Source of the DNA: Akkermansiaceae bacterium
Lineage (GTDB): Bacteria > Verrucomicrobiota > Verrucomicrobiia > Verrucomicrobiales > Akkermansiaceae
Direction of reading: 5' to 3'
Assembly (NCBI GenBank): GCA_051251915.1
Contig: JBPOGF010000006.1
Coordinates: 96,001-160,000 of the forward strand
Length of the DNA: 64,000 nucleotides
Shown here: piece after piece, positions 48,755 to 58,795 of the stretch
Layout: each line of letters starts with the position of its first letter
Position numbering within the stretch: position 1 is the first letter of the stretch
Position numbers and translations under genes: made by a program
The notes under the pieces: generated by a model
The model's database searches: none
What the model was told of the DNA's origin: nothing
What the model saw: only the letters and a program-made list of their open reading frames with translations

Positions 48755-50218
48755 ATGCCTAGAGAAGACTACATAGCCACCATCGGACTCGAAGTTCACT
48801 GCCAGATCACAGCTAACTCCAAGATGTTTTGCGGTTGCTTAGCCGGATACGGGCATGAGCCAAATACCAATGTTTGCCCAGTTTGCCTAGGTCTTCCTGG
48901 AGCATTACCTGTTCTAAATAAACATGCTATCGAGCAGACTGTTCTAGCAGGGATGTTGCTTGATTGTCGCACTCCGGAAATTTCTAAGTGGGATAGGAAG
49001 AACTACTTTTACCCGGATATGCCTAAGAACTTCCAGTTGTCGCAGTTTGACATCCCGCTTTGTATCGGTGGGGGAGTCCCGCTCTATGACATTGCTTATC
49101 CTAAGGAAGTGCAGAAGAATATTCCTAATCCAGGGAAAGTGGTTGAGATGAACCGGATTCACTTGGAAGAAGATGTGGCTAAGTCCACTCACTTTGCGAA
49201 TCACTCTACTATTGATTATAACCGTGCAGGGACTCCTCTCATGGAGATAGTGACTGAGCCGGATATAGATACAGCGGATGAGGCATATGCCTTCCTCAAG
49301 TCTCTCCAGCAGATCCTTATCTATGGTGGTATTTCAGACGCTGATATGGAAAAAGGGCAGATGCGTTGTGATGTGAATATTTCAGTAAGACCCATTGGCA
49401 CCGATGAACTTGGCACTAAGTTAGAGGTGAAGAATCTCAATTCCATTACGGCGGTTAGAAAGTCAATTGAGTTTGAAATCCAGCGTCAATGTGATGAATA
49501 CGATCAAGGCATTCCACAGCAACAAGCGACGATTCGTTGGGATGATGCTATAGGAGAAACTGTAGTGATGCGGATCAAGGAGGACTCTGCGGATTACCGT
49601 TATTTCCCAGAGCCAGACCTCTTGCCAGTGCGTACTGCGGACATTGTGGCGAAGATGAAATCTCATGTGCCTGAGTTACCGCACCAGAAGCGTGAGCGTT
49701 TTGTGAAAGAATATGCAGTTTCAGAATATGATGCTGGAGTTCTGACTTCTGAGAAGGCACTCGCTGATTATTTTGAAGAGGCTGCCAAAGGATCTAAGGC
49801 GTCTAAGAAGGTGGCTAACTGGATCATTAACACATTGCTAGGGAAGCTCAATGAGACTGAGCAGAGTATTCATGAAAATCCGGTGCCAGCCACAGCTCTT
49901 ACGGCGCTTGTGGATCTTGTGGAAGCAGGAACTATTTCTAATAATCAGGCTAAAGAGGTATTTGATGCGCTCTGGGAATCTCCAGAAAAAGCGCCAGCGG
50001 ACATTGCTAAGTCTAAGGGGTTTGAGCCTGCGGATAACTCAGCGATTGAGTCGATCATCGATGAAGTCATCGCGGCTAATCCGGACAAGGTAGCTGAGAT
50101 TACTGGTGGTAATCCGAAGATGGCAAACTGGCTGACTGGGCAGGTAATGAAAGCCTCTAAAGGTAAGGCGAATCCGAAGATGGTAACGGATACGATTACT
50201 GCTAAGTTGGGGCTCTAA
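48755..50218 (+). CDS. gatB: Asp/Glu-tRNA amidotransferase subunit B (start moved to MPREDY)
   Basis: IGLEVHCQ, CLGLPGALP, RKNYFYPD, IHLEED, MRCDVNIS, DYRYFPEPDL, GQVMKASKGKANP. Confidence 0.97.
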   Translation: MPREDYIATIGLEVHCQITANSKMFCGCLAGYGHEPNTNVCPVCLGLPGALPVLNKHAIEQTVLAGMLLDCRTPEISKWDRKNYFYPDMPKNFQLSQFDIPLCIGGGVPLYDIAYPKEVQKNIPNPGKVVEMNRIHLEEDVAKSTHFANHSTIDYNRAGTPLMEIVTEPDIDTADEAYAFLKSLQQILIYGGISDADMEKGQMRCDVNISVRPIGTDELGTKLEVKNLNSITAVRKSIEFEIQRQCDEYDQGIPQQQATIRWDDAIGETVVMRIKEDSADYRYFPEPDLLPVRTADIVAKMKSHVPELPHQKRERFVKEYAVSEYDAGVLTSEKALADYFEEAAKGSKASKKVANWIINTLLGKLNETEQSIHENPVPATALTALVDLVEAGTISNNQAKEVFDALWESPEKAPADIAKSKGFEPADNSAIESIIDEVIAANPDKVAEITGGNPKMANWLTGQVMKASKGKANPKMVTDTITAKLGL

Positions 50219-50224
50219 GCGGTT

Positions 50225-51877
50225 TTACTTCCAGGCTTGCTTAAGTAATTTCTGGTATTCTGCTGCTTTTTCTTGGTTGCCTAATTTTTTATAGGCTTGG
50301 ATCATTCCGGAGTAGATGTGTCCTGATTTAGCGCGCTTTTTCAGGGCTTGTTCGAAGTAGTTTAGGGCTTTTTCATATTCGCCGTGGCTTAGGCAAAGCC
50401 AGCCTAGATCTTCAGCTATGGGGTTGGCTAGCATGGGTGGTTCTGCGTAGAACATCTCGGATTCTTTTTGTAGGAGGATGTCTGCTAGGCTTAGGTCCAT
50501 GTCTGACTTTTTATCAACATTGAATAGCCAGACTTTAGCTGCTTCGTTGTAGATGTTCATGATGGCTGCTGCGCGGACATCTTCGCGGTTGGCTGTGATG
50601 ACTTTGCCGCGTTCTTGTTGGAATTTACCGATGGTAGTTTCTAGGTCTTCAGTGAGTTCGTAGATTTTGTCCCAGTCTGCAGAGCCATTCATTTCGGCTT
50701 GAATATCGCAATATTGCTGGAGGAATTTTATGTAATGGTGGAGTGAGGAGTCATCGCTGTATGGAGTATTATCTAGCGATTTACTTGCTTCTGAAAATTT
50801 ACGAAACCTTATGTTGATATAGGCTTCTAGTGTGGATGAGACGTAGCGGCCTTGGGACACGGTGGTGTTAGATCGTGTCATTTCTGAGGTGCTGTTTTTG
50901 AGTAATTTTGCGATGCGTAGTGCCTCGTCGTAGTTGCCGCGTTCGGCCTCATTTTTCGCCCAGTAGTGGAGGTTGTGGCTGTAGTTTGGGAGGTCGCTAG
51001 GGGTGATTTTTTCGTTTGCGAAATAGTTAACCTCATTATCAAAGCATTGTCTCAACGCTTCGCTTGCGTTTTCGTAATCACCAGCGAGGTAGTAGATGTG
51101 GCCTGGCATGTGGAGGAGGTGACCAATGTCTTTTCCCATGGAGGTAAGTTTTTTCACGTAGGGCATGGCCTTCATGAAGTCTGGGCTGGGCTCCATTAGG
51201 TGGATATAATAGTGAATCAGCCCCATGTGGTCTGGGTTTACTGCGAGGCCTTTTTCCAGTATCTTGATAGAGTTTTGGGTGCCGGGCTTAGGCTGGCCTT
51301 CTGGGGTGTATCCGTCCTGGCTCCAGTAGGCGAGGTAGCCTATGGCATTGAGGTCAGTGGGGAATTTTGTTGTGATCTCAGTGAGTGTTTTGCAGGCGGA
51401 TTTAGATCCGCTGTTGAGGAGTTTACCGAGTGTGGCGATGTAGAGTTGCTCATGTTCTCCTAGATCTTTTGATAGCTCTAGTGCTTTATCGTAGGCTGCG
51501 GCACGTTCGTTTTGGGCTTCAGTTACTTTGCCAGGGAGAGCCATGCAGATGCCCCAGTATGCCATGGCACAGTCAGGGTCTTCTTCGATGGCTGCTAGAA
51601 AATAGCGATAGGCTTCTATTTCCCAGAAGCCATGGAGGCAGTTCAGTCCTTGGTTAAAATAGGTCTGAGCTTGCTGGCTTTTGGTGGTGATTTTTAGTTC
51701 TGCGTTGCCGAGGAACTGACGTATTTTGGGTTTTGGTAAATTCTTTAGCCAGGGGGCGTAAAATCTCCCTACTTCACAACAACGGCAGCGTGGCTCTTCT
51801 TGTGTATTCTGTGAAAAACTTACCTCAATGGGCGAGAGAGATAATCCGCTTAGTAGTAAAATAGCTCTTAAATTCAT
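50225..51877 (-). CDS. Exported TPR-containing protein
   Basis: AQTYFNQGL..HGFW..EA, DPDCAMAYWG, HLLHMPGHIY, C-terminal TPRs. Confidence 0.8.
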   Translation of the reverse strand: MNLRAILLLSGLSLSPIEVSFSQNTQEEPRCRCCEVGRFYAPWLKNLPKPKIRQFLGNAELKITTKSQQAQTYFNQGLNCLHGFWEIEAYRYFLAAIEEDPDCAMAYWGICMALPGKVTEAQNERAAAYDKALELSKDLGEHEQLYIATLGKLLNSGSKSACKTLTEITTKFPTDLNAIGYLAYWSQDGYTPEGQPKPGTQNSIKILEKGLAVNPDHMGLIHYYIHLMEPSPDFMKAMPYVKKLTSMGKDIGHLLHMPGHIYYLAGDYENASEALRQCFDNEVNYFANEKITPSDLPNYSHNLHYWAKNEAERGNYDEALRIAKLLKNSTSEMTRSNTTVSQGRYVSSTLEAYINIRFRKFSEASKSLDNTPYSDDSSLHHYIKFLQQYCDIQAEMNGSADWDKIYELTEDLETTIGKFQQERGKVITANREDVRAAAIMNIYNEAAKVWLFNVDKKSDMDLSLADILLQKESEMFYAEPPMLANPIAEDLGWLCLSHGEYEKALNYFEQALKKRAKSGHIYSGMIQAYKKLGNQEKAAEYQKLLKQAWK

Positions 51878-51945
51878 ACAGTCTGTCTATTTAGGATGAT
51901 TTCAAAGCTTGTGGTGGCTTTTCCGTAGCCTGGCAGTCTGGTGGT

Positions 51946-52968
51946 TTAGCTGGCTGCTGCTTCGCGCATGTCTTCGTCCATGTCGGTCTCATCCACGATC
52001 TCACCTGTGAGTTCCTCGATGATGTCTTCTAGGGTGATGACGCCGTCTACTCCGCCAAATTCGTCTCTGACGATGGCTAGGTGTTGGCGGCTTTTCTGGA
52101 AGATTGGTAAGATTTCATCTGCTTTGTTGCAGTGAAGGACTTCTACTGGGACGTAGCCGTGCATTCTCACTTTTTCTTCACCTTGGCCTTTTACCATGGC
52201 GATAAGGAGGCTAGATTTCAGTACGACTCCTAGGATGTCATCCCTAGAGTCCCCGATGACTACGATGCGGCTGTGCTGGGACTCCATGACTTCATCGATG
52301 ACTGATTGGATGGGGACTTCTCCATCAATACAGGTGAGAGAGATGCGGGGAGTCATCAGTTGTCTTGCGTCCATGTCGTTGAGTTGGAATACGCCGTGGA
52401 GCATTTCGAGTTCATCTGCCTCGATGACGCCTTCTTCTTCACCGAGTTGCGCCATGTAGCGGATTTCTCGTTCATCTGTGCTGAGAACTTGTCTGTCTTT
52501 GCCTGTGAATGGCTGGGTCAGGAATTCTACAAGCCAGATGAGAGGGGTGAATATTTTGGTGAGGAATAGCACGGGCTTGGCCATGAAGAGGGAAATCTTC
52601 ACGTTATGCTTCTCGCCGATGGTTTTAGGGATGATCTCAGCAAAGATGATGACCATGAATGTGAGTGATCCTGAGACGACACCAACCCAGAAGCTATCAA
52701 ATTTTGCTGCAGCGAGGATGGTGACTACGGTGGTTCCGACGATGTTTGCGATGTTGTTTAGAATCACAATCATTGAGATAGGACGGCTCATTTTCTCGCG
52801 GATGATGAGTAGCGATCTTGTTCCGCGTATGCGTTTATTCTTTTCTGCAGGGTCATCAGCCATCTGGCGAACCTTCATAATAGGCACGGAAAATAGAGCG
52901 GCCTCGGTGCCGGAGCAGATTGCTGAAATCAAAATCACCAAAAGGGATGCAATTAAAAGAGTCGTCAT
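51946..52968 (-). CDS. CNNM/DUF21 + CBS pair protein (CorB/hemolysin-like)
   Basis: SGTEAALFS, ILNNIANI, AEIIPKT, MTPR, DEFGGVDGVITLEDIIEELTGEI. Confidence 0.92.
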   Translation of the reverse strand: MTTLLIASLLVILISAICSGTEAALFSVPIMKVRQMADDPAEKNKRIRGTRSLLIIREKMSRPISMIVILNNIANIVGTTVVTILAAAKFDSFWVGVVSGSLTFMVIIFAEIIPKTIGEKHNVKISLFMAKPVLFLTKIFTPLIWLVEFLTQPFTGKDRQVLSTDEREIRYMAQLGEEEGVIEADELEMLHGVFQLNDMDARQLMTPRISLTCIDGEVPIQSVIDEVMESQHSRIVVIGDSRDDILGVVLKSSLLIAMVKGQGEEKVRMHGYVPVEVLHCNKADEILPIFQKSRQHLAIVRDEFGGVDGVITLEDIIEELTGEIVDETDMDEDMREAAAS

Positions 52969-53284
52969 ATGTGTCTAAGAATTCTCATTCTATACACGGA
53001 TAATGTGAGATACAACTAAAACTAACTGATAAATGAACGAGTTATTTCTAAAAGACATCGTCTAGAGGACGGGTGGACGGCGATTTCATGTGTAGGGTAT
53101 ATGATTCGAGGAGTAAAATATATGTTTTGGATTAAAGCGGGCGTTTGGGAGTTATGGGGATTATTATTTGACTGAGTGTGTGGCCAAGATTAGGTGTGTA
53201 ATGGTGACGGGGTCATTGTAGCGTCTATGTTGATGCTTGTGAGACGTCAGTCATCTTAACTCAATAAAATAGAAATAAAAAACA

Positions 53285-53446
53285 ATGAATAATAGAATAG
53301 TAGCAATTGTACTCTCCGTATTAGTCCCACCAATCGCAGTGTTTATCAACAAAGGCATGGGTAAGGATTTGCTGATCAATATTATACTGTGTCTGCTTGG
53401 TTATATTCCAGGCATCATTCATGCTCTCCTTATCAATACTAAGTGA
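53285..53446 (+). CDS. YqaE/Pmp3 family small membrane protein (53 aa; not in the ORF track)
   Basis: Manual translation MNNRIVAIVLSVLVPPIAVFINKGMGKDLLINIILCLLGYIPGIIHALLINTK. Confidence 0.92.
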   Translation: MNNRIVAIVLSVLVPPIAVFINKGMGKDLLINIILCLLGYIPGIIHALLINTK

Positions 53447-53540
53447 TCGTGATCTTGTTATACAGATTTTTAGCAGTGACAGTCTGAATTTCGCGACATA
53501 TTGTTTTTAATCATTCAGAATGAATACTAACTACTAATTT

Positions 53541-54446
53541 ATGAAAAAAGTTACTAACTACCTAAAACTAGCATGCGCGTGTATTGCGTTTCTTCCTGGT
53601 GTGGCTCTTGCGAAAGATCCGGCCAAACTTAAAGTTTTGATCATTGATGGTCAGAATAACCATGATTGGGTCTCTACGACTCCGGTTCTTGTGGATGTTT
53701 TGAATTCTAGCGGTGTCTTTGAGGCTACTGTGAGCACTAGCCCGCCTAAGAAGTCTAAGAAAGGGGCTTGGGCTAAGTGGAATCCGAAGTTTTCTGATTA
53801 CGATGCTGTATTGAGTAACTACAATGGTGAGATGTGGCCGGAAGAGGTGCAGAAGAATTTTGTGAAATACGTCAAGGATGGCGGCGGATTTATTGTGGTG
53901 CATGCTGCGGATAATGCATTTGGGAAGTGGAAGGAATATAACCAGATGATCGGAATTGGTGGTTGGGGAGGTAGAGTGCTTGGGCGCGATGGTGTCTGGG
54001 TGCATGCTGAGGATGGGAAGGAGGTACGCGATACAGTATCTGAAGGTAAAGGTGGTGGGCATGGAGCTCGGTATGAATTCCACATTGACCATATTCAAGA
54101 AGGGCACCCTATTACTAAGGGGCTGCCAAGTAAGTGGCTCCATACGAGAGATGAGCTTTATTGTAAGATGTGTGGACCTGCTGAGAATATGGAAGTGCAA
54201 GCAACTGCGCGTTCTAAGAAGACGAAGCGCAATGAGCCGATGGTGCTTACAGTGAAATTTGGAAAAGGAAGAGTGTTCCATACGACTCTGGGGCATGACA
54301 CTCAGTCTATGCTTTGCCGTGGTTTCTATGAGCTTGTGCAGCGTGGAACTGAGTGGGCTATTACTGGAGAAGTGGAGAGAACTGCGGATGTTCCTAAGGA
54401 TTTTCCAACTGCGGATAAAACGTCTCCGGTAGAGATTGCTAAGTAG
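53541..54446 (+). CDS. Exported ThuA-like domain protein
   Basis: VLIIDGQNNHDW, GGGFIVVHAA, DELY, GKGRVFHTTLGH. Confidence 0.88.
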   Translation: MKKVTNYLKLACACIAFLPGVALAKDPAKLKVLIIDGQNNHDWVSTTPVLVDVLNSSGVFEATVSTSPPKKSKKGAWAKWNPKFSDYDAVLSNYNGEMWPEEVQKNFVKYVKDGGGFIVVHAADNAFGKWKEYNQMIGIGGWGGRVLGRDGVWVHAEDGKEVRDTVSEGKGGGHGARYEFHIDHIQEGHPITKGLPSKWLHTRDELYCKMCGPAENMEVQATARSKKTKRNEPMVLTVKFGKGRVFHTTLGHDTQSMLCRGFYELVQRGTEWAITGEVERTADVPKDFPTADKTSPVEIAK

Positions 54447-54616
54447 TAGGGATATCTTAAGATTGTAAAATTACGAGCCTCCGTTGGATTTGATCCTGCG
54501 GGGGCTTATTTCTGGGCAGGGAGGGGTTTTATTCATGCATTTTTCTACGATGAAATTTGGCATCAGGCTCAATTGACGTTTGCTAAAATGTTACATTGAT
54601 TTAGGTTTGAGATACT

Positions 54617-55081
54617 ATGGAAAATAATAAACACATTGATCAAACTTTACTCATACTCACAGATCTTGGGAAAGTCCGCGTGCTTACTTTTACTACACCT
54701 GGTGATGATCCGCGCGAAAGAGCACATTTAAAGGAATTGACCGAGAAAGAGTTAGGGAGTCCTGAGGGGGCTGAAACGTCTGATACGCCTGGTAAGTTTA
54801 ATCGTGGATATAATGCAGGAGAGGGTGAAGCGATGTCGCATGCTGAAACTAAGCTTAATGTGGAAATAGAAAAACGATCTATCAATCAAGTTGCTGCTGA
54901 GATTTGCGACAAAGTGGCTTTTTATGGTAGTTCTTCCTTCATACTGGCGGCCCCACAAGAGCATCTTAACCGTCTTATGTCAGAAATGCCTGTAGACTGT
55001 CGTGATAAGATCTCAGAATCTCACGGGCTTGATTTGACGAATGAAAAGCTTGCCGACTTAGAAAAGAGATTTCTTAAATAG
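54617..55081 (+). CDS. Host-attachment (AtsE / baeRF-like) family protein
   Basis: LLILTD N-terminal strand, FILAAPQEHLNRL, C-terminal DLT. Confidence 0.65.
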   Translation: MENNKHIDQTLLILTDLGKVRVLTFTTPGDDPRERAHLKELTEKELGSPEGAETSDTPGKFNRGYNAGEGEAMSHAETKLNVEIEKRSINQVAAEICDKVAFYGSSSFILAAPQEHLNRLMSEMPVDCRDKISESHGLDLTNEKLADLEKRFLK

Positions 55082-55172
55082 TCACGAGCTGTGGCTAATG
55101 GTTGAGAGTGCTAGATCTAGACTCGAAGCATCTCTCCATAATTATGGTTTAGCTAAATTTTTGAGCTTATTG

Positions 55173-55210
55173 GCTCCCGATGAGTGAGTTTCGTCGGGAG
55201 CTTTTTATTT
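55173..55210 (+). terminator. Intrinsic terminator
   Basis: gctcccgatga/tcgtcgggagc stem followed by tttttattt. Confidence 0.8.
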
Positions 55211-55355
55211 TACAGTGTTGGTGATTTTTTTCATGATGCTGATATTTGCTATTTACTTATATTTAAAGGGTCTTTAGTATTTTTCTTGAGCAATTGTCTT
55301 TTCCGTTTGTGGAAATTTAGTAGAAAAACGGGAGAGTCGTGTATAGAAAACGTAT

Positions 55356-56426
55356 ATGAAGATCATTATAGCATGTGGGGGGACTGGCGGGCATTTATTT
55401 CCAGGGGTAGCAGTGGCGCAGGAGCTGAGAAGCCGTGGGCATGAGGTGAAGTTGTTGATCTCCCAGAAGAAGGTAGATGCGCAGGCTAGTGAGAAGTATA
55501 AGAATTTAGATTTTGATACGGTGCCTGCTGTGGCTAAGCCGTCGACGTTGTCGCTGAAAATGATTCCGTTTCTGTGGAAGATGTGGAAGACGATAGGGCA
55601 GTGCAAGCGGATGCATAAGGAATTTGGAAGTGATGCGGTGATTGGGATGGGTGGATTTACTTCGTTGGCACCTGTGCTGGCTGGTCATAAATTAGGTGTT
55701 AAAGCGTATGTTCATGATAGTAATGCACTGCCAGGGAAGGCGAATAGGCTGACGGCTAAGTGGTGTGATAAGGTGTTCATTGGTTTTGAAGAGGCACGAC
55801 AATATTTTCCTAATAATGAGGTAGAGCTGACGGGGACTCCGGTGCGTGATGAAATCCGTAGTTTGCCTAAGAGGAGTGAAGCGGCGGCGAAGCTTGGTGT
55901 GGATCCGGAGTTGAAAACGGTGTTGGTGATGGGTGGAAGCCAGGGGGCGATGCGGTTAAATAGTCTTGTGGTGGAGGCCTCTAAGGCGATGCCTGGGGTG
56001 CAGTTTTTACAGATCACGGGGAATGGTGATTATGAGCGGGTGAAGACTGAGCTGGGCGATACTAAAAATCATAAGTTGTTAGCATTTTGTGATGACATGG
56101 CAGCGGCGTATGCGGTGAGTGATATTGGGGTGATGCGCTCTGGAGCATCGAGTCTGACTGAACTTGCATACATTGGCACAGCGAGTATTTTGGTGCCTTA
56201 TCCAACAGCTGCTGATGATCATCAGACACGCAATGCGGAGGTCTTTGAGAAGGCAGGAGCGGCTCTTCTGAGGAAGGAGTCGGGTTTGGATGCGGGTGAG
56301 CTTGTAGCGGATCTGACAGCGATTCTTGATGACACTGAAAGGTTAGTAAATATGGCTGCGGCAGCAGAAGGGCTGGCGGTGAAGGATGCGGCGGAGAGGA
56401 TCTGCAAGATTGTAGAAGCGAAGTAA
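55356..56426 (+). CDS. murG: Lipid II N-acetylglucosamine transferase
   Basis: GGTGGHLFP, GMGGF, HDSNALPGKAN, GGSQGA, RSGASS..EL, DDHQTRNA. Confidence 0.97.
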   Translation: MKIIIACGGTGGHLFPGVAVAQELRSRGHEVKLLISQKKVDAQASEKYKNLDFDTVPAVAKPSTLSLKMIPFLWKMWKTIGQCKRMHKEFGSDAVIGMGGFTSLAPVLAGHKLGVKAYVHDSNALPGKANRLTAKWCDKVFIGFEEARQYFPNNEVELTGTPVRDEIRSLPKRSEAAAKLGVDPELKTVLVMGGSQGAMRLNSLVVEASKAMPGVQFLQITGNGDYERVKTELGDTKNHKLLAFCDDMAAAYAVSDIGVMRSGASSLTELAYIGTASILVPYPTAADDHQTRNAEVFEKAGAALLRKESGLDAGELVADLTAILDDTERLVNMAAAAEGLAVKDAAERICKIVEAK

Positions 56427-56453
56427 CTATTAAGATTTAGAGAGAGTAAGAAG

Positions 56454-58766
56454 ATGAAAATTAAAGAATTAAGCGTACGACTAACACAACGAAGCGAGCC
56501 TTTGAGAGTGCATCTTATCGGTGTGGCTGGCTCTGGGATGAGTGGCTTGGCTCTGCTTTTGATCGGGATGGGGCATAAGGTTAGTGGTTGCGATAGGGTG
56601 ACGAGTAAGGAGACTGAGCGGATGAAGGGGCTGGGCCTTATTTTTAGTAGCCCGCATAATGAGGAGAGCATAGAGGATGCGGATGTGGTGGTGTTTAGTT
56701 CGGCGATCCGTGATGAGAATGTGGCGCTTGCTGGTGCGCGCAAACGTGGGATTCATTGTATCCGTAGAGCGGAATGTTTGGCAGCAATTTTAGGGACTAA
56801 GAAGGGGATCGTGATCAGTGGGACGCATGGTAAGACGACGACGTCTGCGATGAGTGCGCATTTATTACGTAGAGGAGCGGTGAATCCGAGTCATTACGTG
56901 GGTGCTGAGATTCCGGTATTAGGAACGAACGCGCACTGGGAAGAAGAGGGGGAGGCGATGGTAGCTGAGGGTGATGAAAGTGATGGAACGCTTGCGCTTT
57001 ATTGTCCAGAGCATGCGGTGGTGCTAAATATGGAGGAGGAGCATTTAGATTTTTATTCTGGGTTGGATCACATTAAAGAGGTGTTTAACCGGTTGTTAGA
57101 TCAGACTTCGGGGAAGATCATTTACTGTAAGGAATGTCCGAATGCGACGGATGTTTGTGCGGGCAGGGAGGGGAGTATCTCTTATGGGTGGAGTGATGCT
57201 GATTTTACGGCGACTGATGTGCGTGAAACTGGGGGAACTGTGGCGTTTAATGTGAATTTTAAAGGGAAGAATGTTGGGAGGGTGGAGCTGGGAATTCCGG
57301 GGTTGCATAATGCGTTGAATGCATTGGCTGCGCTTGCTGTTGCTCATGTTTCAGGAGTTCCGTTTAATGAATGTGCACGAGCGTTGGCAACATTTGCTGG
57401 TGCTAAGCGGAGGTTTGAGACGAAGTATTTTTCTGATAAGGTACGTATTATTGATGATTACGGGCATCATCCTACTGAGGTGGCGGCTACGCTGCAGACG
57501 GCGAAGTCATTAGGGTCTAATCGAGTGTTGGTAGTATTTCAGCCGCATAGATTTAGCCGGACTCAGAAGTTGGCTAGTGATTTTGGGAAAGTGTTGCAAG
57601 CTGCGGACAGGGTGTTTGTGACAGATATTTATCCTGCGAGTGAGTTACCTATAGAGGGTGTGACTGCGCAGACTATTGTGGATGCGATGAAGGCGCATGG
57701 GGAGACTAAGGCTGAGGTGGTAGGTTCAGTGGAGCAGGCGCATCATGCGGTGGGGAATGCGTTGCGTGAAGGAGATCTACTGATCACATTGGGTGCGGGA
57801 AATGTTCATGAAATTGGCAATAAGATAGTGAGAGACATCCAAGTGTTAGAGGATGTTTTGCGAGTAGCGCGAGATGCTGGAGACTCTGAGGCGAGTGGTG
57901 AACTCTATGAACCGATGCGTAAGCATTCTACCATGTTAGTGGGTGGGCCTGCTCAGTTTTGGTTAGAACCTGGGACGTTTGCAGGCTTTGGGAAGATGGT
58001 GAAGTATTGCCGTGACCGGGGTATTCCTGTGCGAGTTGTGGGGCGTGGATCTAATTTGTTAGTGAGACAAGGTGGAATCCCTGGAGCTGTTATTCATCCT
58101 AGTAAGGGAGTGTTTGGTGAGGTGACTGCCGATGGAGAAATCCTTAGCTCTGGAGTTGGTGTGAGATTTAAGAAGTTGGCTAGTGTAGCGCAGGTGAATG
58201 GTCTGACTGGGTTCGAGTGGATGGAGGGTATTCCTGGAAACGTAGGTGGTGGATTGCGCATGAATGCGGGGGCTATGGGGACGGAGAGTTTTGATCAGGT
58301 GGTGGATGTGACGTTTCTCGATGAGGATGGTGAGATACGCACGCGAACATGTGAAGAGATAGAGCATTACTATAGGAATGTGCCTTCGTTGAGGCGGAAT
58401 TTTGCTCTTAGTGCGCGGTTCCGTGGCGAGCTGGGTGATGCTGAGGAAATACAGGCGAAGATGGATGAGTCATCAAGCAAGCGCAAAAGCTCACAGCCGC
58501 GTGCGGCTAGTGCAGGTTGTGTATTTAAGAACCCTGAGGAAATGCCAGCTGGGATGTTGGTGGATGTTTTGGGCTGCAAGGATATGGCTGTGGGGAAAGC
58601 GAGAGTCTCGCTGGAGCATGGTAATTTCATTGTGAATGATGGCAGGGCTACTGCTGATGAGGTGTTGGAGTTGATCTCCAAGATAAGGAAAAAAGCACGT
58701 GATGAAAAAGGCATCGAGCTAGATACCGAGGTGCAGATCATTGGTGAGGACGAATCATTATTTTAA
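56454..58766 (+). CDS. murC: Fused UDP-N-acetylmuramate--L-alanine ligase / UDP-N-acetylmuramate dehydrogenase (MurC-MurB)
   Basis: MurC: GSGMSGLA, GTHGKTTT, EGDESD, DDYGHHP, FQPHR; MurB: GRGSNLL, GIPGNVGG..RMNAGA, SAGCVFKNP, HGNFIVN. Confidence 0.96.
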   Translation: MKIKELSVRLTQRSEPLRVHLIGVAGSGMSGLALLLIGMGHKVSGCDRVTSKETERMKGLGLIFSSPHNEESIEDADVVVFSSAIRDENVALAGARKRGIHCIRRAECLAAILGTKKGIVISGTHGKTTTSAMSAHLLRRGAVNPSHYVGAEIPVLGTNAHWEEEGEAMVAEGDESDGTLALYCPEHAVVLNMEEEHLDFYSGLDHIKEVFNRLLDQTSGKIIYCKECPNATDVCAGREGSISYGWSDADFTATDVRETGGTVAFNVNFKGKNVGRVELGIPGLHNALNALAALAVAHVSGVPFNECARALATFAGAKRRFETKYFSDKVRIIDDYGHHPTEVAATLQTAKSLGSNRVLVVFQPHRFSRTQKLASDFGKVLQAADRVFVTDIYPASELPIEGVTAQTIVDAMKAHGETKAEVVGSVEQAHHAVGNALREGDLLITLGAGNVHEIGNKIVRDIQVLEDVLRVARDAGDSEASGELYEPMRKHSTMLVGGPAQFWLEPGTFAGFGKMVKYCRDRGIPVRVVGRGSNLLVRQGGIPGAVIHPSKGVFGEVTADGEILSSGVGVRFKKLASVAQVNGLTGFEWMEGIPGNVGGGLRMNAGAMGTESFDQVVDVTFLDEDGEIRTRTCEEIEHYYRNVPSLRRNFALSARFRGELGDAEEIQAKMDESSSKRKSSQPRAASAGCVFKNPEEMPAGMLVDVLGCKDMAVGKARVSLEHGNFIVNDGRATADEVLELISKIRKKARDEKGIELDTEVQIIGEDESLF

Positions 58767-58795
58767 AAGTTAATAAAAGATAGAGAGAATAGAGA

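Noticed and set aside
55084..55155. Hairpin after the host-attachment gene as an sRNA
   Set aside because: Imperfect stem directly before a clear terminator; most simply a 3' UTR
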